The notes beneath the pieces were generated by a model. That model made no database searches. It was not told the DNA's origin and worked only from the letters and a program-made list of their open reading frames with translations. 48,394 nt of DNA from Octopus bimaculoides (taxonomy: Eukaryota): positions 766,466-814,859 of the forward strand of contig NC_069002.1 in NCBI RefSeq assembly GCF_001194135.2, in the 5' to 3' direction. Of this stretch, positions 36,556 through 47,599 are shown piece after piece. How positions within the stretch are numbered: position 1 is the first letter of the stretch; every line of letters begins with the position of its first letter. A program made the position numbers and the translations under genes.

Positions 36556-36797
36556 GTGTAGTATATTGCCACTTAAGTGTGGCTGACCCCTAGGGGTGGA
36601 TGTTACTGTTGCTTTTAGCCCCAGGAGGACATCTCCTCCAGCTGGCTTATCGACACACGACTGTGTCCTGTTTGCCAAGGGAAGTTATCCCTCTCACCTC
36701 GATCTGCAGCACGAACGTATCCGGATTTCAGGGTTATTTCCCTTCGTCGGCGTCCGACAGCTGCTGACCTTGGTGAGAGAGACAAAAACCTGGCAAT
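36556..36797 (-). mobile_element. ~240-nt structured hammerhead-bearing element between two (TA)n arrays (retrozyme or Penelope LTR candidate)
   Basis: It carries a hammerhead fold on an extended rod (36672-36796) plus several small hairpins or palindromes, and has TA arrays on both sides. Confidence 0.6.
36706..36764 (-). ncRNA. Minimal type I hammerhead ribozyme motif with a U4C core change
   Basis: Minus strand: CGGACG-CCGACGA-AGGG(AAATAA)CCCT-GAA-ATCCGGAT-A^CGTTCG. Stems I and II pair fully and stem III is a loopless palindrome. Confidence 0.7.
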
Positions 36798-36844
36798 CTT
36801 ATATATATATATATTTTATTCGTGATAGTTTCCAGTGTAAGTAC

Positions 36845-37005
36845 AAGGCCAGCAATTTTAGGGGTAGAACTGGGCGTTTGTTAATACCATCGATGCCAGT
36901 GCTCGAAACGTTCTTTGGTTTAACAACCCTAAAGAGATGAACGGCATAGTTGACTTCTGAGGGATTTGAACTCAGATCGCAAAGTACCGGAATAGATACC
37001 ACAAC
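36845..37005 (-). mobile_element. SINE family C, degenerate
   Basis: CCATCGATGCCAGTGCTC...AGTTGACTTCTGAGGGATTTGAACTCAGA. Confidence 0.6.
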
Positions 37006-37061
37006 CCCCTTGTAATTCTTTCTACCCATCGCCTACAGCATTACATTATCGATCACATATA

Positions 37062-37229
37062 GGCGCAGGCGTGGCTGTGTAGGAAGAAGCTTGCTTCCCA
37101 ACCACACTGATCCGGGTTCAGTCTCACTGTGCGGCACACCTTTGGCAAGTGTTCTCTACCATAGATCCGGGCCGCCCAAAGCCTTGTGAATGGATTTGGT
37201 AGACGGAAACTGAAAGTAAAATCTCGTCG

Positions 37230-37231
<2 letters not shown>
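37062..37231 (+). mobile_element. SINE family A 5' half
   Basis: GGCGCAGGCGTGGCTGTGTAGGAAGAAGCTTGCTTCCCAACCAC...CCGGGTTCAGTCTC...GGATTTGGTAGACGGAAACTGAAAG. Confidence 0.88.
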
Positions 37232-37286
<55 letters not shown>

Positions 37287-37297
37287 GTATATATGCT

Positions 37298-37334
<37 letters not shown>

Positions 37335-37872
37335 TGTGTATTCAGCCTGTACACGTATATTTTCCCATCAATTTTCCTTGACCCCCATTTAGTATTCAAT
37401 GGTTGACCGCTTACATATATTTTATGTTATATGTTTTCTAAAGTGTCATATCATATATTGGCAGAGTAACATCCAGTCTGTCTTGTCTGTCTGTCTGCCT
37501 GTCTGTCTGTCTGTCTCATACACACACACATATGAATATATACATACGTACAGGCACAGACGCAGAGAGAAAGAATTATGGAATGAGGAGCGTGTTGTTA
37601 TTGTTGAATGGCGAGAAAGAAATGGGATCTGTTTCGGACATGGCACTTGATGAGATAAGGTCGAAGATTTCTGTCTTTTAATGCTTGGAAGATAAATAAA
37701 CGGAAAAAGTATTGAGAGAGAGAGAGAGAGAGAGAGNNNNNNNNNNNNNNNNNNNNNNNNNNNNNNNNNNNNNNNNNNNNNNNNNNNNNNNNNNNNNNNN
37801 NNNNNNNNNNNNNNNNNNNNNNNNNNNNNNNNNNNNNNNNNNNNNNNNNNNNNNNNNNNNNNNNNNNNNNNN

Positions 37873-37905
<33 letters not shown>

Positions 37906-37986
37906 AAGAGAGAGAGAGCGGGGAAAGAAGGTCAGAGAAGCAAAAATATAAATAGCTAAAAGAAGGAAACGAATAATTTCCTTCTC

Positions 37987-38072
<86 letters not shown>

Positions 38073-38344
38073 TGAAAGAGAGAGTGAAGGGGGAGGAAGA
38101 AACACAGGTATGAAAGAATTGCTTAAAACGATTAGCAGAAGGGACATTTGCAAGGAGGTTTGTAGTGTTGAGGTAATCGTCAGTCAGGAGCAAGGTTACA
38201 TTCTATGGCAAGGAAGGACCAATTTAATAAGTGGTATAATCTACATCATCTTTGTTTATCACGGGGATCTGGTAAAGAAACAGTGATAAATGAATCAGCG
38301 ATAAATGAAACCTCTCCACGCACTTTGTAAATGAAACACTCACA

Positions 38345-38432
38345 CACACATATGAACGACCATCCGGCGCAGGATTTAAAACCGCGATCTCGCGATCGTG
38401 AGTGCAACGGCCCCCTGACCTGCAGGTCCTTC
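38345..38432 (-). mobile_element. tRNA-like head of a further SINE family, degenerate
   Basis: The minus strand reads GGTCAGGGGGCCGTTGCACTCACGATCGCGAGATCGCGGTTTTAAATCCTG, with A-box- and B-box-like spacing. Confidence 0.45.
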
Positions 38433-38579
38433 ACCCTCACACAAAACTACGACAGTAACAACAACAACAACATAACGATGACAACAGCACTAACAGCAAA
38501 ATCCCCGGGGGCGATTTGAACTAGGCCCGTCGTTATCTCTTTGCTTCATCAAATAAAATATAATACTAATAATAATTAC

Positions 38580-38633
<54 letters not shown>

Positions 38634-38819
38634 GTTATTAGTGTCAGGGATAGTAATGTGCGCGCGTGGTCTATGTGTGTGTTTATGCGTACGACAGAGA
38701 TAGTGAGAATACGTGTGTATGTACATCTGCCTGCACGCATGTGTACGAAGGGGTGTTGGTTCGCGTGTGTACGTGTGGGTGTATGTAAGTGTGTATGATT
38801 ATGCGCGAGTGCTAGTGAT

Positions 38820-38878
<59 letters not shown>

Positions 38879-39153
38879 TGTCTGTCTCGTAATTCTTGAT
38901 TCCAAGCATGGTGGTCCTGATAAATATAGCAGAGCTGCTGCCGTCGTTTGACAAAATTTTCCAAAGGAATTCGCCTTGGATATGTATGTATGTATGTATG
39001 CATGTATGTTGCATGTGTGTATGTATGCAAGTGTGTATGTGTGTATGTGTGTATGTATGTTTGTATGTGTGTACGTACGTATGTATGTATAGATCTATGT
39101 ATGTGTATGTACATATATGCTTCTATATATGAATATTTAATATATATATACAA

Positions 39154-39184
<31 letters not shown>

Positions 39185-40409
39185 NNNNNNNNNNNNNNNN
39201 NNNNNNNNNNNNNNNNNNNNNNNNNNNNNNNNNNNNNNNNNNNNNNNNNNNNNNNNNNNNNNNNNNNNNNNNNNNNNNNNNNNNNNNNNNNNNNNNNNNN
39301 NNNNNNNNNNNNNNNNNNNNNNNNNNNNNNNNNNNNNNNNNNNNNNNNNNNNNNNNNNNNNNNNNNNNNNNNNNNNNNNNNNNNNNNNNNNNNNNNNNNN
39401 NNNNNNNNNNNNNNNNNNNNNNNNNNNNNNNNNNNNNNNNNNNNNNNNNNNNNNNNNNNNNNNNNNNNNNNNNNNNNNNNNNNNNNNNNNNNNNNNNNNN
39501 NNNNNNNNNNNNNNNNNNNNNNNNNNNNNNNNNNNNNNNNNNNNNNNNNNNNNNNNNNNNNNNNNNNNNNNNNNNNNNNNNNNNNNNNNNNNNNNNNNNN
39601 NNNNNNNNNNNNNNNNNNNNNNNNNNNNNNNNNNNNNNNNNNNNNNNNNNNNNNNNNNNNNNNNNNNNNNNNNNNNNNNNNNNNNNNNNNNNNNNNNNNN
39701 NNNNNNNNNNNNNNNNNNNNNNNNNNNNNNNNNNNNNNNNNNNNNNNNNNNNNNNNNNNNNNNNNNNNNNNNNNNNNNNNNNNNNNNNNNNNNNNNNNNN
39801 NNNNNNNNNNNNNNNNNNNNNNNNNNNNNNNNATATATATATATATATATATATGAATAAATAAAATCGGGCAAATGATCACACAACAGATATTTGTATG
39901 TATGTCAAAGACATACAGAGGCATGTATACATATATATATACATATACATATATATATATATATACGCACATATACACTCTTATACTACATTTCTCTGAG
40001 TGCGCACATTAGAAACCCACATAACGTCACCCAGACAAAGAGTAATATATATATATAAGCGTATATGTATAATGTATATATATATATGTAGTATATAATA
40101 TGTATATTTGCATATATATGTGTCTACATAATGCTTGTAAGTATATGTATGTATATGTCATAAATACCTATGTATGTATATATGTTTGTGCGTTTGTGTG
40201 TGTGTGTGTATGCGTATATTTATACGAATACACAGACTTATACATTATGCTGACAAAAATTAACATAAGAGCAATCCTAATCATTAACTGTAATAAAAGG
40301 AATACAGACATTACGGTGATGTATTGTGTTTCTGCAAACCAGGCCTTCATTAGCAAGGAATTAAAAAAGATGGACGCCAGTTTCTCCTCAATAAATATAT
40401 ATTCTTTTT

Positions 40410-40602
40410 AACTCTAGGCATAAAGCCCGAAATTTTGGGGGAGGGGGTCAGTCGATTAGATCGACCCCAGTACGCAGCTAGTACTATTTTATCGACCCCG
40501 AAAAAATGAAGAGTAAAGTTGACCTCCGCGGAATTTGAGCTCAGAACACGAAGACGGACGAATTGCCTGTCGTGTTAACGATTCTGCCAGCTCAGCGCAC
40601 CT
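40410..40602 (-). mobile_element. SINE family C, near full length
   Basis: AGTCGATTAGATCGACCCCAGTACGC...GGAATTTGAGCTCAGAAC...AACGATTCTGCCAGCTC. Confidence 0.85.
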
Positions 40603-40619
40603 TGATATATAATTCATAT

Positions 40620-40845
40620 CTTTTATCTCTTATCTTTCACTTGCTTCACTCATTAAACTGCAGCCATGCTGGAGCATCAATTTGAAGGGATTTTAGTCCA
40701 CCGAATTGACTCTAGTATTTAGTCTGTTTTTGTTTTGTGTGTAAAAGTCGGTGCTTATTTCATCGGTCACTCACTAAGTCATAGGGACGAAAACACACCA
40801 AAACCGGTTGTTAAGCCAGTCAGTAGGTTATAAACACAGACACAG
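40620..40845 (-). mobile_element. SINE family A 3' body, degenerate
   Basis: CTGCAGCCATGCTGGAGCATC...GGGACGAAAACACACC...AAACACAGACAC. Confidence 0.7.
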
Positions 40846-40975
40846 CACACGTTCGCGCACACACACACACACACCGATACTATGGTAGCATCCACACGCG
40901 CATATCAATATGCATAGACGCATATACACACGCATGCGTGCACAATAAGAAACATACATATATTTCTTTCTCTCG

Positions 40976-41012
<37 letters not shown>

Positions 41013-41015
41013 AGC

Positions 41016-41061
<46 letters not shown>

Positions 41062-41071
41062 NNNNNNNNNN

Positions 41072-41128
<57 letters not shown>

Positions 41129-41339
41129 TATGTATATAGTTTGCAGCTCTAAAAATAATCACCAAATTATTTATTAGTGAAATAATGTTTAGTCCTAAAA
41201 TAAAAAATATATATATATAAACAACATCTGTGAGTGGCGGAGGTGGTGGTGTTCGTTTCGGGGCGTGTCGTGCGACAGGGTGGTGGCGACATCTGTATGT
41301 GGAATCGGATGTCATTGACGACACTGTTGCTCTTATTTA

Positions 41340-41530
41340 AGGGTGGCTGACGGCAGGCTCAGTAGAGCAACAGATTAAATAAATGTTTGGCGGTGTTGTG
41401 TTACGCCCCTTTGTATTTAGAGTTCAAATCACGTCGAGGTCAACTTCTCCTTTCATCCCTCCAGGGTTGATAATATACATAAAGTAACATTCCAGTACCG
41501 GGGTGGATTTATAGACTAAACTACTCACTG
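41340..41530 (+). mobile_element. SINE family C, degenerate
   Basis: TTTAGAGTTCAAATCACGTCGAGGTCAACTTCTCCTTTCATCC...CCAGTACCGGGGTGGAT. Confidence 0.65.
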
Positions 41531-41607
41531 CCACCCTCCGACTTCCTATCGCTGTGTCCCTGTCAGAAACAATTAAGTCGGGTGGGTGGTAGATGTGCTC
41601 TTCAGAG

Positions 41608-41657
41608 CAATGGGTCTCAACCCGCTTTCTTGCCGGTTCACATAAGATTTTGTTACC
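41608..41657 (+). mobile_element. hAT (Charlie-like) element end
   Basis: Begins CAATGGGTCTCAACC and shares CACATAAGATTT with the inverted piece at 14371-14382. Confidence 0.4.
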
Positions 41658-41900
41658 ATTTATCTTTTGCTTGTTTCAGTTATTAGACTGCGGCCATCCT
41701 GGAGCACCTCCTTGAAGTATCCCAGTACTTTTTTCTTAAGACTGGTACTTGTTCTATCGAACACTTTCACTGTGCCGCTAGATTACGGGGACGTAAACAC
41801 ACCAACACCAGTTGCCAAGCGGTGGTAGGGAGACACAAAGATACGCGCACACACACACAACGGGCTTCCTTCTGTGTCCGTTTACCAAATCCACTCAAAA
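41658..41900 (-). mobile_element. SINE family A 3' body and spacer
   Basis: TTGTTTCAGTTATTAGACTGCGGCCATCCTGGAGCACC...ACGGGGACGTAAACACACC...ACGGGCTTC...TACCAAATCCACTCA. Confidence 0.82.
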
Positions 41901-42144
41901 GACAGGGGTCGATGGAGCGACTATTTCCTCCCATCGAAACTGCCGGCCTTGTACTTAAATCTGAAGCCACCATTTCTTATGCCTCTTCACGTTCTGAGTT
42001 TAAATCCCACCGAGGTCAACTCTGCATTCCTCATTTCGCGGTCAATAAAATAAAATCTCAATGAAGTTCGAGCTTGAAGGTTTCCGTTACATTCCTCTGC
42101 CTCAAAATTGCTGCCCTAGGGTTAAAATTTAGAAACTACTATAA

Positions 42145-42340
42145 TATGGTGGCGTGTTAGCAAAATAGCGCGTCGGACAAAATGCTTGGCAGCATTTCGT
42201 CTATCTTGACGTTCTGAGTTCAAATTACGCCGAGGTCGACTTTGTTTTTCATCTTTTTGGGATCGAGAAATTAAGTACCAGTAGCATACTGGGGTCAATC
42301 TAATCGACTGGCCTCCTTCCCCCAAATTTCAGGCCTTATC
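42145..42340 (+). mobile_element. SINE family C (a more decayed copy lies at about 41940-42060)
   Basis: ACGTTCTGAGTTCAAATTACGCCGAGGTCGACTTTG...AATTAAGTACCAGTAGCATACTGGGGTCAATCTAATCGAC. Confidence 0.85.
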
Positions 42341-42732
42341 ATTATCATTATTATTATTGTTGTTGCTGTTGTTGCTGTTGTTGTTGTCGTTTTTGTTAAA
42401 TCGAAGACTGGTTACTGAGCCGATATCCATCAATGGGCTGCAGAGAATATACCCTTGTGGTGGCGGGGAGGGCGTTCTTCATGTTCAATTGTGAATGTAG
42501 TAGAATCGGACGTGTGTGATGGAGTAACTTGAAAGTATGAAAGAATGGCTGCATATATTCATATACATGCATATGCGTGTATATGCATGTATATATGAAT
42601 GCATGTATGCATGCATGTATGTATGTACGTACGTACGCGTGTATGTATTCATATGTCTCTGCATATGTATGTATGTACGTACGCGTGTATGTATGTATGT
42701 ATGTATGTATTCATACTCACGTGTATGTATAT

Positions 42733-42812
42733 ATGTATGCATATATGCATAGATGCATATATGCATATATGCATATAATGCATATATGCATATATGCATA
42801 GATGCATATATA
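42733..42812. repeat. (ATATATGC)n 8-bp tandem array
   Basis: About 9 imperfect units visible directly. Confidence 0.85.
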
Positions 42813-42945
42813 TAAGTTATGTAAGCATGGAAGTATGTTTGTATACTTTTCAACGAATGTAGTCGTGTATGCTTGAATGTATGCGTTTATGTACATATAT
42901 ACATGTGTGTGTATGCGTGTGTGCATGCTTGTATGTAGACCTATC

Positions 42946-43015
<70 letters not shown>

Positions 43016-43415
43016 TACACGCTTTCACAGGTCTATATGCAAATCTAGCGTGCATGTCTTGTATTACATATTTCAAATTCCGTTGCCATTTTCTATACAC
43101 CGAGATATATATATATATAGTGTCAAAGCGAGTGTATATAAATGCTCAACTGTATTGCTGTGACGTATAAAAGAAATCCTCACCATCAACCTCATCGTGT
43201 CATATACATCATCATCATCATCATCACAATTTACATCATCATCATCATCGCCACCACCACCACCACCGCCATCCCATTTGTTGTTAGTCTAATATAATCT
43301 GTCTGTCTGTGTAATCCAAGATGACGGGTGGTGACCATTGAAATTGTTCCAACTAGGAGAAACTTCACCAAAATAAACGGTGCCTGTTTGGAGGACAAAT
43401 TAGATATAGGTTTAC

Positions 43416-43469
<54 letters not shown>

Positions 43470-43824
43470 ATGTGTGTGTGTGTGTGTGTGTGTGTATACA
43501 CAACAATGTACATTGTGTATATACGTGATGTGTGTGTGTGTGTGAGTATATACATATATGTATTTATGTGCGACTAGATACATATAAACGCGTTAAGACG
43601 TTTGTACGATTCTATGAAGACTCGGACTATTTAGGTTCCCTTTCAACACTGAATGAATGAATGTGTGTATGTGTTTATGTGCGTGTGTGTGTATGTGTGT
43701 GTGCATTAGTGTGTGTGTGCGTGTGTATGTATACACACACACACACAAATATATAATTCAAATTTAAAGAAAAGCAAAAGACGAGGACAGGTGTCAGATC
43801 AACAAGCAGGTGTATTAGTGTGTG

Positions 43825-44040
43825 CTTGCGATTGTCCCCCCCCCACCACTACCGTTTGACACCCGGCGTTAGTGTTTTTACGTCCCCGTAAGTTAGTGTT
43901 TCGGAAAAAGAAACCGATTACACAACTTAAGGGGAGAAAACAAAAGCACTGGGATCGATTCGTTTCGACAGAAATTCTTCAAGGCGGTGCCCCAGCATGG
44001 TCGCAGTCTAATGACTGAAACAAATAAAAGATAAAAGATA
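43825..44040 (+). mobile_element. SINE family A 3' body
   Basis: TTTACGTCCCCGTAAG...AAGGCGGTGCCCCAGCATGGTCGCAGTCTAATGACTGAAACAAATAAAAGATAAAAG. Confidence 0.82.
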
Positions 44041-44572
44041 TGTATACATACATGTACACACATATACATACACGCACATACACATACACACACACATATA
44101 TATATACACATGTACACAGACACACACACACACATGTATACACATGTGCGCGCGCGAAATATATCTGACCAGATTCGTTGATTGAAATACAACGTTCTTT
44201 TAGTTTTACACACACACACACACACTCACTCACAGCCCTCCCCACCCATACACATAGTTCTGTTCTCACTGGCACTCACACTCAACACTCCTCCACTTCG
44301 CCACTAACCCACCCCGTACCCCCACATATTGCACATATTTATTTATAATCACACGGTGTCTTTTTCATCAATTCACTTCTTTATTTTTTAAATAGGGCCA
44401 TATGTGGACACAACCACTAGCATGGCAACACACACACACACACACATACCTATACATATAAATATACATATATATATGTATATAAATACATACACTTATA
44501 CATATGTACAAGCCTATATACATACATACACACATACACACACAAACACACTCACACCCACACACATACATA

Positions 44573-44619
<47 letters not shown>

Positions 44620-45299
44620 TCGTACTCACACGAAACAAAGTGCTTCCAGTCCTAATACGATGGGCCTTAAATCATACAACAATATCTCTTTTGAAAATCT
44701 TAACATCAACAGAACAAATATTTCAGAATCTACCTCCTACCCCCCACTCCAACCACCACCAACATCCCTACCACCCTCACACCTAAGCTCTCTGACTTCT
44801 ATTAAAAGCTCACTCAGCAATATACTACGTCTACAGTCTCACAGTCATACGGGTTCTCCTCTCGGTTATGTGTACTGCTACTACAACGTTATATGCTCCT
44901 TTGAACCAGCAAATTACTTCCCCTCTAAATGCCAAACCTCTCAAAATCTTTTAGAAAACTCGACAAGAATTCCAGTTTATGGCAGAAGTAAGTTTGTTGG
45001 AAGTAATATAACACTGTTTAACACAATTTTTGCCTTTGGGTAGCGACTGTTATTTCCTGTTTGCTGACCCTTAGAAAGTAGAATAATTAAGAACAAGGCT
45101 TAAAAAAAATTTCCTGGGTCGATTTGTTTGACAAAAAAAAAAAAAAAAAAAAAAATCCTTCCAGGCTGTGCCCCAGCGCATATATATCCAATCGTATTTC
45201 GAAAGTACTCTTAAAGGAGTAAGAGCATAGGCAGAACATGTCCAGATGAACGAATATAGCTCTTGAGGTGACCAATTACCATGCAGCTGAAATACTGAA

Positions 45300-45389
45300 T
45301 GCGCAAACACAGACACAAAGACACACACTGAAGCGAAGACCATGTGGTTGGGAGGAAAACTGCTTACCACACAGTCACACTGGCGCCTG
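45300..45389 (-). mobile_element. SINE family A head fragment
   Basis: ACCATGTGGTTGGGAGGAAAACTGCTTACCACACAGTCACACTGGCGCCT. Confidence 0.7.
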
Positions 45390-46178
45390 TTTATTGGGTT
45401 CTATGTTGAAACAAGCGTTTCTTTGGCTTAGCTCAGAAAGTCTCTGATATTCGTCACCGAGAAGGCCAAACGAAACCGAAACGCCGTGCCTGGCGATCCA
45501 TCTTTATTCTTCTAAGCGAAACCCTGTGTTTTCAACTCAGAAGTCTCTTGGTGAAATTTTCTCAGAGAGAAAATATTACACCAAGAACCGTTCCATGTTA
45601 CACTGTAAATCTTATACACACCGGTATTTTAATCTGAGACTGTTTCCGTTGCGTATATTGAGTGTATTCTACATTATATTTCATAATGAGAAAATAATAA
45701 TTTTTCCTTATAAAAATAACTAAATATTATGGCGAGAAGGATCCGGTCTGCGGGCTGTAAGCTTCATACCCTTTACGTAGAATATTTCTCTCCAACGAAA
45801 GACTTCACTGGCAACATTACTATAATATTCTCCTATTTATCACTCCCTTCAACACATAATAATACTGCATCATTTTATTTATGTATTTCATCCCATGAGA
45901 ACACATATTGATATATTTTAGTAACAGAAGCTCGTGTTTCTTTATAAAATTTTATGTTAAATTTCTTTCGGAACAACAGATTGGGAAAACTCACACGCTG
46001 CTTGTTATAACAGAGGTCAGGTTAATTTTTTGTTATTTTCTTAAACGTCCCCATATGTATTTAAGNNNNNNNNNNNNNNNNNNNNNNNNNNNNNNNNNNN
46101 NNNNNNNNNNNNNNNNNNNNNNNNNNNNNNNNNNNNNNNNNNNNNNNNNNNNNNNNNNNNNNNNNNNNNNNNNNNNNN

Positions 46179-46211
<33 letters not shown>

Positions 46212-46953
46212 TATACGCATACAGAATCGTATACTCACACATATACGAATTCAGATACACTTTCATCCAAAAATGTATGTAAACTTTCAGACACATACAC
46301 ACATACACACACATATATACTTATGCACAAATACACACACACGCACACACATCTATACATCACCAAAAACAAAGTGTTTCCAAGAACTGTAAAGTATTTC
46401 ACACAACTCAAAACTGAAGTCGACATCAATAATAAAACAAAAACAAAAACAAGCAAACAATACAACAAAACTATTAAAAAAAAACCCTCCAAAACGCGAC
46501 AAAAAAACCGAAACGAAGAATATCTCTTGTTAAGATCTTTCCATCTCCTTAAGCAATTATTTCTAAAAGCTATTCCGTCTAACCGTATCTCGTATATTAA
46601 AACTGGTTCTTTTAAAACTCTTCAAGAGCTCTTTTCGTTCTTCGTCTCATTAACGAGTTTACCTTTTAAAATCATTTTCTGAATTTCACCCCCACCCCAT
46701 CCACCTTCTTCCTTTCACTTCCTTCTCTCCGTCCCTCAATAGACTTCGAAATTCATCTCTCTCTCTCTCTCTCTCACACTATTTCCCTTTCTCTTACTTT
46801 CCCCATTCTCTTTTCCCCCTCTCCCCCTCTCTCTAATTACTTTATGAATTTACCCACCCCTTTCCTTCTCTATTTTCATAATTTCATTTTCATCCTCTTT
46901 GTTTTATTTCTTCATCAATATGGGTGTGTAGGTGTATGCTCATGTATGTATGC

Positions 46954-47019
<66 letters not shown>

Positions 47020-47062
47020 GCGTGTGTGTCTGCGTGCGCGTGCGCGTATGTATATATATATT

Positions 47063-47588
47063 CAGGGTGACCCAAAAGTGATGAGTTTCAGTTGTTAATA
47101 ACATCCTTAATTTTACGAATAAATGCATGAAAGTTTGATACAATATAAAAGGCCTAACGGAAATTAATATGCACAAATCAAATTTTGCAACACCACTACA
47201 TCACATATGAAAAATGACTTTGCTTATATGGCAGCCATTTTCGGCTTCACACACCCATGCTCTTTCCAAAACTTGCACCATGACACCCTCAAGAGTTTCA
47301 GACCCCACTTCTCTGATTTCTCTATTGATGTTCTCCTTCGAGTGCACCAGAGTCTCTGGTTTGTTGATGCAAACCCTCTTTCAGGTATCCCCACAAGAAA
47401 AAATCCGGGTTAGTCAAGTCTGGGGAATGTGAAGACCAGTGGACATAATCGTAGCGGAAGATTATTCTCTTTCTCCAAAATACTGCCATAGCAACTGTAT
47501 TGTTTCTCTTGCCGTATGAGCAGTTGCCCCATCTTGCTGGAACTATGTATCATATCTACTTTGAATGGCCGGACTCTGGACAATTGCC
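47063..47588 (-). mobile_element. DD41D (rosa-type) Tc1/mariner-superfamily transposon, 3' half with one ITR
   Basis: The terminus is CAGGGTGACCCAAAAG at 47063. The minus strand gives FQQDGATAHTARETIQLLWQYFGER/IIFRYDYVHWSSHSPDLTNPDFFLWGYLKE, with 41 residues between the Asp residues after removing a 2-nt AG slip. Confidence 0.85.
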
Positions 47589-47599
47589 TAGTTATCTAT

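Noticed and set aside
37062-37135. tRNA gene
   Set aside because: Only A-box- and B-box-like motifs are present, with no cloverleaf. It continues into a SINE body found many times in the window.
45454-45490. CACCGAGAAGG...CCGAAACGCCGTG hammerhead look-alike
   Set aside because: It needs two core deletions and lacks U16.1, so it is too degenerate to call.
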